Assembly (NCBI GenBank): GCA_012026655.1
Contig: JAAILG010001610.1
Span: 1-64,000 of the forward strand
Direction of reading: 5' to 3'
DNA: 64,000 bases
Source: Hydrolagus affinis
Lineage: Eukaryota
The notes under the pieces are model-generated. The model did not search any database. It was not told the DNA's origin and worked only from the letters and a program-made list of their open reading frames with translations. Of this stretch, positions 24,691-38,400 are shown piece by piece. Position numbers and translations under genes: made by a program. Position 1 is the stretch's first letter; every line of letters starts with the position of its first letter.

Positions 24691-26237
24691 CTCATGCTAT
24701 TCTAACTCAACATTCACATACATGCACTTTCCAACCAACCTAGCACATTGGAAATCTGTCTGAAACCTTCCTCTCTCTCACCCAAGGTTACTGCGTTACC
24801 CCACCACTGCCAGGAGGAGGGTGATTTGAGGCCAAGATGCTGGACTAGTTTAACCACAGCTTGATGCTGGAAAGCAATATGATAGTGTGGGAATGAATAT
24901 GAAATACATCTCCAAATGCTGCCTACCTGACAGCAATGAAGACAGTACAGACCAGGACTGAACCATTCCAGTTCTGTAAGGGTCAGCGACTCAGTAAATA
25001 AACTTACTGAGCTGTGAGAGCAGCCGGTCCCTACAGTTTATTTGAGGATTTCTTTAACTAACTCACTAATGACGGATTTAAAGTTACTAATGCTTTTATT
25101 TGTTATTTATACAGCAGTAAAGAATATTGGTGTGCTCCACATCAGATAACTGGTTTGGATAAATGTGAGTCATTGTAACCTTGGTGAGTATATCTTTCTA
25201 ACACTAGATATAGAGGTATCGCTAATGAGCACTGAGATAGCTGGACTACTGATTAACGTTAACAATAGAGATATTGTGAATAAGTGTTAAAAATAGAGTG
25301 TGTTGATGAGCGAGCGCTCTGTTTAGAGATATAACAATTTACAATCATTTGTGCAGTGCTTTCAGATGTTACCTTGACTGGATTCTATCAAATACAAGGA
25401 TTATTACTATTATATGCTGCTGATGAGAGCTTTTTATCCAGGAGTAACAATTCCTTTTTTAAAAAACTTAAATGGCCACTCAATCAATTTGCAGTATTGC
25501 TGCATGGAATTGGCTGCTGCAATATTCTCCCACAAAATATCCTGTAAAGCGCTTTGAGAAGTCTCAAAGACGTGATCAGGCACAATATGAAACGCAAGGA
25601 CTATTATGTATAGAGCTATTGCTGGTGATTGGCGTTTCATTCATTCCCTCCAATCCTGTATGCTGGGTCTCCTTGGAGCTGAACTGACTCCAAGGTAACA
25701 TGCCTAGCGAAGGAAGGTTGGAATCGAGCCAGCCCTCTCCAGTGGTCTCTGTAGTCCGTTACTGAGCCACAATATTCCAGGGCATTGCTGCTGATTGCAC
25801 AGCCAGCTTGACTCATTGGCAGGATCTGGAAGGGCAGACATGTCACTGGGGATCAGGAGTCTTCTCACTCAGCTCCTGTGAACCTTGCCAGCCCTAGCTG
25901 GACAAGCAGTGGGAAGCTTGCCAGACTGCAATATCAATGGCAAGCTATGCGATTTTAGCTGGTTAGACTCCAGTAGTTACCCCAACGCACACTCTGGGGT
26001 CCCAATGCCTTGTCACTTGCCAACCTGAGCCTGATACTTGCTGGAATTAGGGAAGGAGGATGCGTCTCTCCAGGGAGAGAGTGCGCATTCTATTCCAACA
26101 GTCTCTCTCTGGGATTTCCATGTGTAGATGGGAGGCGTGGAAAGTGACAAGAATATTCATTCCCTCTTAGTCTCGCCCCCTCCCATCAATGCTTCCAATA
26201 ATCATTTTCTCTTCTGGTGATCATAAAATGTTCACAC

Positions 26238-26510
26238 ATCACGCCTTAGACGCGAGAGACCTGGGTTCAATTCCAGGCAGGGTCAAACCTTCGGCAAGTT
26301 TCCTTACTCCACGTGCCTAATAATAATCCCCCACCAAAAAAAAATAATACAAATCACGACTGTTTGGGGACACTACTGTGCACAGTTGGCTGCCAAGTTT
26401 CGCCCACATATACAGTCAATTCACTTTACAGTATATTCTGTGAAGCACTTTGAAACATCTGGAAGACATGAGAAGTGCTATATCAAATGCAAGGATTATT
26501 ATTATTATTA
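26238..26510 (+). mobile_element. tRNA-derived SINE with (ATT)n tail, slightly 5'-truncated
   Basis: B box GGTTCAATTCC, body shared with the 34566 copy, AAATGCAAGG(ATT)n end. Confidence 0.9.
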
Positions 26511-29500
26511 TCATAGGAGGCCTGTATTATTGTGTATCCAATTCCCTTATAAATGTTGTTATGGACTTGGAAAGAACAGTTAGTTGCAGTGAGTTATTCC
26601 AAATTGGAATTACCCCTCTGTATGTGTTTAACAAACCGTCAGTGTGTGTGCGTGTGCGCATGTGTGTAAAATCTAAGGTCATCTGACATCCCCTTTTTTT
26701 CTTCTGGGAATAATGCCAGGTAATGATCATTTGTAATTAAAAAAAAGTGAAATATCGTATCAGCTCAATGAATCAGGGTGGCTTCACACAGAAGGTCACC
26801 GCAAATGATTTTCCTTTTCAATACAAATGATAAAACCCTATCACAGAATCTTTTCAGGACAACGTAGTGCAGTGCGCTCGTGGCTGATGTGTAGACGATT
26901 AGGACGATTTTAATCATTCCAAATAATATAAAACTTCAGTGAGCTTTGCGGTAATGTCTGGTGGCTGCTTTGCCTAAAAGGATATCGTGACTCGCAGTGA
27001 CCGGATCCCAAGGGACAAAGTGAGATTATTCCATCTGTGATCTTTACTAGCGTGGTTTGTCACAGTCAGTAAATTACATCGGCCAGTGATCTGTAGCAAT
27101 AAACCTCTTATGGTAAAATCTTCAGAGCAATTTAGTTTAGGGCAGCATGTAAAGGTGCTTAAACTAGGCTTGAGTCTGTGACCGTCTTCAAATATAAAGC
27201 AAGATAGATCAAATTTGTTCTCTTTCTGCCTAAGGAACGATCGGGAGCCCAATCAAAAATATTCAAGCATCGTTGCACTATAATATGGCGAAATGCAATG
27301 AAATGTTATCGTTTTAAACCAGAAATACTAGGAGCGTAAGAACGCAATCTTCAGTGAATGAAAGAGTCACACTTCAGAGACGTTATCGTCTCGTTCACTT
27401 TCAGCAGCTGACCGGCTGCTCTGGATAATCAGCGAAAAACAACCACAACAAAATTATTCTGCGTTTTAGTTTTTTAAGTCAATTTAGTTGTCGTTTCCCT
27501 CAGCCAAAACCATGATTTTATGAGTTTCCATGAGGCATTCGGAACCAAGATTGAACAAAGCTTTTACAAGGTAGAAATTAAACCTCAACACCAGCGTTTA
27601 TCAATGAAATGATTTTCTAGATTACTGGTGAAATATATATCCATTGATTTTCCTTCCACAAAACAAATTGTATACCAGTAGTTCGCTTTGACCATAAAGA
27701 GAAAATTAACATTGTGTCAGAGTAGAATCAACAGCACAGAAACAAGCCATTTGCTCCTTCGTGGTGATTTATTTTACAACCGTACGCTCGCTTGCTCATT
27801 CATTAACTACTCGCTTTGCTCCTGTATATTTCCCTCCTCTCCTGAATGTATTGACTGGTGGCTGGAAATGATTACACGAGGTGACAAGTTCCCTCTGGTA
27901 GCTGCTGAGTGGCCATTCCTCATGTGTGAGGCTGAACAAGAAATGCAGGTGAGATGTTTGGCCACAGAAGGAATCACGGCTAACCTTGAATCGTTCATCA
28001 GATACAAATCGCAGTCTTTATTTTGGGGGATGTTGCGAGGATGTCTCAAAGCACTTGTCGCTATATAGAGTCAAATGTGTCTTCAACAACTACTCAGGGG
28101 ACTGGGCCAGAGTGGACTATCTTTGCTGTTCCAGGGGGATTGTTATCAGGGTTGTCAACAGATTTGACTGTACGTATTCTAAAATGTAGTGACTGTGTGT
28201 TTTGTGGATGAGCACCGTAGCAGTTGTTTACAAGCGGCAACGTCCCACAAACATCCATGGAGTGAATAAGCAATGTTTTCTGGGGGTTTGTTGGCCAGAA
28301 CACCAAGAGAAACTCCCTTTTTTATTATCAAATAATGTTGTGGTATTGTTAATATCCACCTGAATAAGTAGATTAAGGGAGATCAAGTCGGCCCCAATAT
28401 TTAGTAATGTCGGAGGTATAATGAATGCTAGTGGTGGTGTATAACACCAAGGGTATTGTAAAATACAGCTGTTCAAATTGAACCCGGCTGTTCTTTTTGT
28501 TGCCCTTCGGTTATTAATCCCTCAGCCACTTTGATCTATAAATTTATATGATTGGCTTTACTGCTCCCTAAAACACAGCCACCAATACACTACTCTAATA
28601 CCATTAACATAATGAAATTAAGAATCCTGGGGTAACGTGCTGCACTTTGCTATATTGCTTTGATTGTAATGGGAAATTGCTTCGGAATCACCACATACTC
28701 CGTTTGTAAATAGGACTTCTGCTTGTGTAATCCAGCATTGATTTGTCGGCCCAGGTCAATTCATCAGGATAATGGAATTTCATTTTGCAAATGGCAGTTG
28801 TCATTTTAAAACCTTGGGATTAACAGATGCTTTTCTGTGACATAAAAATTACTGTTTTTCAAGAGACACAAACTTAATTACACTCCCAAAAAGTGCCACA
28901 AATAATATTTATGCCTTGAACATATTGAAGTTCTTCCTGAAAACTCTGCACTCCAACTGTGCAGATGATACACAAAAGTTACAGAACCGGTTACATTTTG
29001 CCCACAAATATCCAGTCCATTCACTTTACAGTATGTTCGTGAAGCACTTTGAGACGTCTGGAAGACGTGAAAAGCGCAATATTAAATATTCACCTTATGA
29101 CTGTGACAGTTGGTGTTTAGCTGCAGCGTGTTGTATAAAGTAGCAACTTCCCTCGCAGTCATTGGTAAGTCCATTGTGATTTTGAAATAACTTAATGCTA
29201 GTAATAGTCACCCTTCCATTTGCTACAGCACCTTATCACTGATAATCACTTCTCACAGAAATATCCATTGTCCAGCGTCTTGGGACAACCCTCCCAACGC
29301 CTAAGGCTCTATACAAATGTAATGTTGTTTGTTTTTGTTGTTGTCACATCATTGAGATGTCACAAAGCGCGACACAGAATATTTTGTAAAGTGGATTAAC
29401 TTCGTAAAGTGTAAAGTGGATTGTGGGCGAATATAAATATTATGTAAACTATAACATAATGTATATATAATGTAGGTCGTAAAACAAACAGAATACTACA

Positions 29501-32500
29501 TGCCTGGTCACAATGTGATTTTGAGCAATGGTAGGAATAGTGCTCTGAGACACTAACCTGCGTGAGGAAGGAGAACTATATAAATTCACTTTACAGCCTA
29601 TTGTGTGAAGTGTTTGGAGATGTCTAGAAGATGTGACAAGGCACAGTATCAAATGCAAGGATTATTATTATCATCGTTGGGTAGGGCAAAATACTGGACA
29701 ATTGGTATTATGGAACTAGATCGGGTTTTTCGATTGGATATTTAAATTTTAGTTTCATTAATAAATAAATTGAACCAAATCAAAATGTATTTGAAGTGTG
29801 AGAAGTGCAAAATCCTTCCTAATAGGAAATCGCTCATAAAATGTGTGTGGAATCATGGCCAGAATAACAATTTAATCAAAATGAGTTTTCATCTTCCCAG
29901 ACAACATGGATGAGAAGAGAAGGGTGTAATTTACAGCATGGTTGTATTAAGTTAAAATACAGCATGTGCATTAAAATGTTGCCACCCTGTACTTAAACTA
30001 TGGAGTAGGCTGTAACCTGCCATGCAGGAATAGGCACAAACAGAAGAAACAAAACAGCAGACAAGCAACAATAATTATACACAGACAGAATTTCCCCAAA
30101 ATTGTAAGTGAATAATATGCACTTTTTAAAAAAAAATAATAAGAGTTTCCTCATTGGCTTAGTGCCTGACTCATCACTAAGCGATAACACATCAGAAGTT
30201 TACAGGTTCAAATACCATTCTGTGCAATTAACTAATAATAATCCTTGAATTTGATATAGCTCTTTTCGGGTCTTCTCGATATCTGAAAGTGCTTCACCGA
30301 ACGCATTGCAAAGTAAATCGACTGTATTTTTGTTGGCGAAACACAGCAGCCGATTGCACACAGCAGTGTCCCACAAACAGTCGTGGAGAAGCTCAGATAG
30401 GGCAGTTGTACAGTCTCTGGGTTACTGAAGGGAAAAGGTCAGCCAATGTTCCTCCTCTTGTTGGAAGATGTATAAGTATGCTAATGTCAAGCTGAGATAG
30501 GATCAGGCTTGGCAGCTAGAGCTGAAGTGAAGCAACTGTTTCCTCGTTGAATGCTGTGCGCAAAATGGCTGCCGTGTTTCGCCCATATATATACAGGCAA
30601 TTAACAGTATATTTTGTGAAGCACTTTGAGGTGTCTAGAAGATGTGAAAAGCACTAGATCAAATGCAAGGATTATTATTATTATTAACGTCCAGCAAGAT
30701 CCTATAATAGAGTCTTCTCCAACACTGTTTTATTGGGTTGAGATTATTGGAGTTGGTCTGTCTACTGGTGCACAGCTGTTGCCTCCCCGGGACAAGCACC
30801 ACTCTGGGATGCAGTACAACCTTTGACCAGGTTAGTCATGAAAGAAACGATCCTTGTGTTTGATATTGCACCGAAGAATCACAATGTCTCAAATTCTGTA
30901 GTAGGATTGGCTATAAAGTGTGGCCACCACTCTGCACACGAGCCGTGTCCCACAAAGTATTGTAGGTCAGGACATTGGGAGAAACTCCCTTCTCTTTCGC
31001 AATACTGTGCAAGACCATCTTTTTTCCCGTATCCTACCCAGGTTGCAAACGGAACACCAAGTGAGACACAGTCATAACTTGCTCTGCTCCGGAGAACATT
31101 ACTTCATAATTGTAAACAGTTGTACCTCTCCAGCCTGTGCACCTTCTCTTTAATCAAATACATGGGCTCCAGATGGCTTGGGTTACACTGGCATTAGCTT
31201 CAGTTGAATGGTTTAACTCTCAAAGCTCTTAAAATCTATTTCTGATGGCACAGTAACAAATGCGCCGAAATGATCTTTTTGACACCCAAGGTACGCTTTT
31301 GATAAGCAGGCAAATTGATGCGAAAGTATTTAATTAGAAATTAATCTGTCGATTTTCATAAGAGTGAAGCCACTTTTAGCGAAGGGGTAATTAATAATTA
31401 GGCTTTGGAGTCAAAAGAATATACTTATATTACAAAGTCAATCTTTTTCAGAATTACCTAATTACAGTGTAGATACTAAGATAAAATGCATCCTTTTTAA
31501 AGTCTAATATCTATTGCGATATTAATTCCTTGCGATGCCAAAAGATTTCAGAGCCTGAGTCATAAGATTTTTCTGAATAATTATGGATTAGTATTTAGAA
31601 TTTGCCATGCTATGTAATTCATATACATATACACAGAAGCCTTCAGTAATGGACCTCAAATAGTTTCAGCAATTTCACTGATTTTTTTTCCCCTGATGTT
31701 CCCCCACAGCTGTTTGAGTTGTGATACAAGATCTGTTTTAGATTTTTTTTAAAAAACACAAAGTCAATGTTTTAGTAAATTTTCATGTTTGCCAGTTACA
31801 ATGTCAGTGTGAGGAATGTATATTTCTTCTACATATGACACTTGGTGTTGTCAGTGAACATTCCTGCCTTCAATGCAGCCTGGCCAGATGCATGAAGAGA
31901 CACTAAACATCCACTGAGGATTTGCTAAACTCATTTTGTACACAGCTGTCAGAGACAGAGTGGTGGGGGAGACCTTTGATCAGGTCAGTGAGGGCTAGAT
32001 TAGAGGGTGGATCCCAGAGGTGAATGACTAATGTACTGTTCAATTACTCACCCAGACCACACAATTCTCCTCCTCGCCTCCCTCTGTGGATCACCTACTC
32101 TGAGCCACATTTGCAGCTGCATTTCTCGCATAAAACATAAAATTCACTGTTAATAAAATGTTTTCATTCCTCAAACTAGTTATATACGATCTCCAATACA
32201 CAAGCTCACACACAGGCATGTTCCCAATGTTGAAAGTGAACAATTGCAAAGGTTAAAAAATAATAATAATAATCTTTGCATTTGATATAGCGTCTCAAAG
32301 CGCTTCACAGAGTATACTGTAAAGTGAATTGACTGTATATTTGCAGGTGAAACGCAGCAGCCAATTGCACACTGTGGTATTCCACAAACAGTCATGGATT
32401 GAGTGACCAAATTATTATCAAATAAAATATCCATACAAGTTTGCCCTGTAAAGTGTGCAATATCTGATTTTCTATGGGGTGAAATTTGTGATGTTCAACA

Positions 32501-33599
32501 GCAAACTATGTGTTATGCTTTCCATATTGTACTTTAATCTGTTAAATATTCTGTGATACATTGCAGTTTAATGAACGGAAATATAAATCTAGCTCTTTAA
32601 TAGGCTCTAGACTGTCCTATCCTTGTAGATCTGATAAAGTTACGACAAAAATACAGGTTGATATCTAAATTTTAACAAATTAAAGTACAATATAGAATAC
32701 GTAACACATATGTTTGCTGTTGAACACTGCTGTGCACAATTTGACTGCTGCGTTTCTCCCACAAATATAGTCAATTTTCCTACTTTCCTTCCTCTAACCA
32801 CAACCTCTCCCCCGAATGATAGCGACCTGGCCTCATTTCCATGTTTGCAACTAAGTGGTGAAAAACATTTTTTCTGGTAATGTATAAGGAAGTATTTCTT
32901 GGGGTAAATTTATATCTTTAGTTAATTTAACTTTATTTTCTTATTTAAACTTAAATATTCTGCTCTTTTGTAGTATCTAGTTTCCTCTGGACTTGTAGCT
33001 GAAGGGTGGAAGGCAGAGCTGCTCTGAAGGTCTGCTACATTAATATTAGAATTTGGGGGAAAGGATTATGAGATGAGGGGAAATTACATATTCCCTTGGC
33101 TTCAGATATTCAAAATAAGAATAAAAAGTGAGTATGTTGGGAGGTTTTTTTCATATAAAGGTGAACGCAATGTGGAAAGAATTACCTGCACAGTTCATAT
33201 AACAAGGAACAAGTTGAAAAGGTTTCATTAAGTAACCCGTCTCTCTTAGGCACCACCTTTCCCTCTCTACTCATTTTATCTTCACTTTCTACTTTTGTCC
33301 ATTCATTTCTAATGAATAAATTTGAGTCCCTGCAACGGATCTTTGGGGAGTTGAAACTGCAATTATGGCCATTATTGGGATACTATGTAGATCACTGTCA
33401 AAGTGAAGTACAAATGGCAGAAACATCATACAACGAATACATAAATAAATAAATATTATTAGTAACTAAAATTATTCAATACTAGACATGCTTAACTAGT
33501 AAGTGATTTTTGAAATAAAGCATTAAGATGCTTACATGTGGAAATTTTATTACTGTAGATATACTGAACACAAATTTGATGTTTGTAATTATTAGTCAA

Positions 33600-33825
33600 C
33601 AATCCGTCTGAAAAAAATCCGGCCAAAAAGAACCACAATAATAAAAAAAATTGGTCATTTTCAATCCACGACTGTTTGTGGGACACTGTTGTGTGCAATT
33701 AGCTGCCGTATTTTGCCCACAACTATACAGTCATTCACTTTACAGTATATTCTGTGAAGCGCTTTGAGATGTCGATAAGATGTGAAAAGCGCTAAATCAG
33801 ATGCAAAGATTATTATTATTATTAT
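33600..33825 (+). mobile_element. 5'-truncated SINE (ATT-tail family)
   Basis: 3' two-thirds of the family consensus with (ATT)n tail. Confidence 0.85.
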
Positions 33826-34093
33826 GTGCTGGAGCTGCGGAATTGCTGGATCATTGTGTTATTTGTTCTGTACGAATGTTTGCCAAAAATAAGCAATATC
33901 AAGAGAGAATTCATGTGCATTATTATTTCAGCAAAAACAAACGTTTAAAACATCTGATGGTGTAAGAGCATCTTTTGAGATGAGTACTGTATTATGGAAC
34001 TAGAATGTGAAGAATGTCGCCCGTCGATTGTGAAAGCAGTGCTAGAGATATCCTAGGTCTACAGTACAGGTGCAAATTTAGAGATGGGCGGTT

Positions 34094-34409
34094 TAATAAT
34101 AATAATAATCCTTGAATTTGATATAACACTTTTCACATCTTCTAGACATCTCAAAGTGCTTCACAGAATATACTGTAAAGTGAATTGACTGTATATGTGT
34201 GCGAAACGCAGCAGTCAATTTTGCACCGAGGTGTCCCACAAATAGTTGTGGATTGAAGTGACCAATTTATTATCGGCTTTTTTTTCTTGAGGGATTATTA
34301 ATGGGAGTGTGGAGTAAGGAAACTTGCCCAAGGTTTCACCCTACCAGGAATTGAACCCAGGTCGCTAGCTTGCGAGGTGAGTGCTCTAACCACTGAGCTA
34401 CAGAACTCC
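34094..34409 (-). mobile_element. Full-length tRNA-derived SINE
   Basis: On the minus strand: A box TAGCTCAGTGG, B box GGTTCAATTCC, family body, (ATT)n tail. Confidence 0.92.
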
Positions 34410-34565
34410 ATGGAGTATTGGTGAGGATGGCATTAAGAGAGGTTGTGCAAATAGACAGCATTAATGGAAAATGTGCAGATGGGTGGTATTGGTGAGGAGT
34501 GTGCAGATGAATGCCACTGATGGAAAGTGCAGACAGCCAGTGTTGGTGGAAGGTTGTGTTAACGT

Positions 34566-34878
34566 GGAGCTCCTGTGGTTCAGTGGTTAGAGCTCTTGCC
34601 TTACAAGCGTGAGACCTGTGTTCGAATCCAGGCAGGTCAGGGCGAAACCTTGGGCAAGTTTCCTTACTCCACACGCCTAATAATAATCCCTCCAAAAAAC
34701 GCATAATAATAAAATCGGTCACTTCAACCCACGACTGTGTGTGGGACACAGCTGTGCACAATTGGCTGCTGTGTTTCGCCCACAAATATACAGTCAATTC
34801 AATTTAAAGTGAAGCGCTTTGAGACGTTGATAAGATGTGGAAAGCCGCTATATCAAATGCAAGGATTATTATTATTAT
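34566..34878 (+). mobile_element. Full-length tRNA-derived SINE
   Basis: A box TGGTTCAGTGG, anticodon-like arm GCCTTACAAGC, B box GTTCGAATCC, family body, (ATT)n tail. Confidence 0.92.
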
Positions 34879-35124
34879 AACTTGGGTTAACTTCACTCAG
34901 AGAAGCAGCTGTGTCCCATGATTCTGCAATTAAAACAGCTAGATTTCAAATTTCTGTGAAATTTGCCCCCGCTCCCCAAACAAACACACGACATATAAAC
35001 CTGTAAAGGAGGCAGATGAAGTGCTTTAAATCTCAACTTTTCTGAGTAAAGAAAAACTTCCTGGTATCTGTGCTGAAATTGGCAAATCAGGGCATAGACT
35101 TCAGGAGAGGATAGCAAGGGAAGG

Positions 35125-35490
35125 TTGAAGGGTGACACGATTGAGGCCTGATATGATTGAGGTGTTTAAGACAATTAAAGCCTTTGAGAGAATTCATCTT
35201 GAAAAGCTCTTTGTGCTGGTGGAGGATTGGAGATTAAAAGGGAATGAATTTAAGATTGTGACGAGGGGAGTAAAAGGAGATTTTCAGAAGAACTCTGGTC
35301 TCAGAGGGTTTGTCAGGGTATGGAATGTTTTATCAAAGTGGTTATTCAATCAGAGTCAACTGGGACATCAGAGGGTAGAGGGAAAATGCAGAAAATTAAG
35401 ATTAGGATAGACAGCTTCTTGGGGGAATAAACGTTGACATGAAAAAAAAACACAAATTGCTTCTGACTGTGTCATGCATTTCTATGGTTC
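35125..35490 (+). mobile_element. Degenerate CR1 3' fragment
   Basis: RLR.DMIEVFK.IK.F...LF...G...FKI...FVRVWN.L motif of the CR1 ORF2 end, and TTCTATGGTTC tail remnant. Confidence 0.7.
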
Positions 35491-38400
35491 CGTAGTTAGC
35501 TCAGGGCCAAGATACAAAACAAGAATATATTTTCCTTTTGGATAATGAAACCCACAAACGTATCGATTAACACAGTCCAGGAATTATTGCTTCAAAGAGT
35601 GCAACTTAATAGAATAATAAAACTCAAGTGACAAAAAGAGAAAAACGTTAATGGTTTAAGGGGGTTCAGCCCAGTGGCTGCCCTGAACAGCAATAACCTT
35701 GACCCAGGTAATCAAACTCACATCATTAGAGTTTTACTTTCACTGCTGTTTGGGGAAATATTTGTCAGGTAACTTTGACCGAACGGGCAGAGTATAAAAT
35801 TAAATTTGTGTTTGATATAGACAGGGCTTTCCTTAGAGTGCCTAGATCTGATACAATCAATCGGCAGTGTCCTACTGTCAGGCTGGTGATGGGATGAAGA
35901 ATAAAACGGGTTCAAGAGGAAGCTGAGTGATTGGCCAAATGGTTAAACTGCTGTTAAAACCAGATGCTACGTTCCCTCAGGGTGTCGTGGGTAATAGCTG
36001 AAACGCCTCATAAAAGCCATGAAATGTACAAATTGTGCTGATTTAAACAACCGAACATCAATTCAGCTAGTCTTGCAACATCTGGCATTTAGCTTCCATA
36101 GCATACCATAGGAAAGCAGCCTTGAGGCAGAGAGCCGTATATCAGTTGCTGTACAGTCGCTCTCAGTAAAAAAAAGTGATGCCTTTGTAATTCAGTGCGG
36201 AGTCCATTTCTAGATGACAAGAAACTAAACATTATTCACACAAGTCCATATAACGCACTGTGGCGATCTCTGCTCAATGCTTCAATGAATCCTCCTGTGC
36301 AGTGCTGAGATTTAAATGCCCTAAATGCATAATGATAATTTATATTGCAACACTACTTGGTACAACGATAGAGAACCCATTTACAAGAAATATGCAACTC
36401 GGGACATCTCACCTTACCTATACCTGTTTCCCAAATGGTCCCAATACATCACAAAATAGTCAATTAATTTTACAGTGTATTCTGTGAAGTGCTTTGAAAT
36501 GTCTCAACCACATTAGGCGCTGCATCAAATCTAAGGATTATCAACATCATCACCATCCTACGTTTTTCAAACAAAATGTACATGTGCTGGCAAACTGGCT
36601 GTCATTGCTTTTATATCAAGTGTCTCTTTGTTCTCTTCACCTCTACTTAATGTTTCCTGTTGATTAGCATCTTCTAAGCAGTTTACTTGACAAAATTCAA
36701 CCAAAAATCTGTAAATTGAAAGAAAAAAGCAGCCACAGGTGGTCGGCTAGACAGTGTCTGAAAAGGTTGTGAGGAGATAGATAATAATAATCCTTAATAA
36801 TTATTGAATATGGTGCAGCACCTTTCATGTTGGGAGGAAACCACAAAGTGCCTCACAGAATTTACTATAAAATGCAGTGACTGTTTGGTATATGAACACT
36901 GAAGCCAATATTCATACAGAGATGTCCCACAAATAGCTATGGAGTGAATGATCAATTTTATTGTGGGGGGTGGCGGGGTGGGGGGTTGGGGGATGGGTGG
37001 ATGGGGTATGTTAGCCAGGCCACCGGGAGAAACTTGACTTCACAGTTGGGTAGACTTTACACATGTAGGTTTCCCGGAACTCAAAGAGACCAAAGTCTCC
37101 CAAATCTTGTACTTCCTGCACAAAATAAGCATCAGCTTTGCGTCCATTGCCCTAATCATCTTCTTACATCTTCTCAGATCGAATTCTCTATAGACCCAAC
37201 TCTCAACCACTTTGCTTCACCTACACTCTAATTAATGCTGTAGGATCTTTAATGTCCACCTAAACAGGCAGGCAGGACCTTGGTTTAATGTCTCATCCAA
37301 AGGAAGCACCACCAAAGTAGTCCCACCATCACATGTTTGGAATGTCAACCTAGATTCTTGGCCCCTGACTGTTCAGCAACTTGGGTAGTCCTCTTGACGT
37401 GAAAGGCTCTCTACAAATTTAACTTTGTTGTTTGTTGTTGCATTGTGTAGCTAGGAAACGATAGTAAAATTATTTGGAAGAATTGGCTTCAAGGGAGGTA
37501 TAAGAAAAGCATTATCACTGGAAGGGGAAAATAGGAAAAATGTGTTTAGGCAGAAGCTTAACGGTTTGCCACAAGTGGTAATTGAGGCTGATACCATCAC
37601 ATTTGAAAGGGAATTGGATAAAACATCTGAATGATAAATGTGTGTGACATCAACAAGGAGATTTTATCATTAATTTCATGAAAACAGGTTTTGAGCTGGA
37701 GCTGTTTAGCCTGGAGGGTTTTCTGACTTCTGTGAAATAAGTGGGCAGCTGCTGCGTTACATTCTTGTGAACTCTACCTTTACAGTCAGATGGTTACACT
37801 TCGAGTGACTCATTATTAATCAGATTTACCCTGCCTTGTATCTGCAAAAGTCAGTGGGGACAGGAATTACAATAATTCCAGTCACTATTTCAAACTGTTC
37901 AGTTTCAAAAGGCATTAAAGACCGATTGCTCTCTGCAATCTGATTCAAATAATAAGGATCAGTCAGACTAGATACTCGTCTCTGTTTAATTGACAGGCTT
38001 CAGAATCACAAGGCAATATTGTTCCTAGGAACAGATTCTTCAAAGGCATCAGTCTTGACAGCACTTGTGTTCTGTCCCCCTTTTGCTGGTGTCACAAAGC
38101 AACAGACTCTACACTTAAGTTAACAGTGGGAGGAAATCACCAGATTCACTCAGAACAGCAGGAACAGTGTAAACTAGATTACAGGAACATTGTGGAGGTC
38201 ATATTCACTGCAGACAACACATTACAGCTTGGGAATACTGTAAAAATTTAGTTCCTTTTCGTAACCATTTCTGACTTTAGCAGATTGAAATGTTTATAAA
38301 CATTACTTTTGATCCTAACTTGCTGAGCAGTAGCTTTGAAAATAATAAGACACAAGGTAAGGAGGAAATTGCCTTGAAATTCACTGAAATAGATCCATGT

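Noticed and set aside
25165-25350. Possible MITE from weak inverted repeats
   Set aside because: Arms need several gaps and no TSD is evident.
34566-34640. tRNA gene (Val-TAC-like head with A and B boxes)
   Set aside because: No proper acceptor stem or terminator; it continues into a SINE body, and the anticodon position varies among copies.
36960-37010. G-quadruplex as a functional element
   Set aside because: Falls in the variable linker of a decayed SINE in intergenic DNA.
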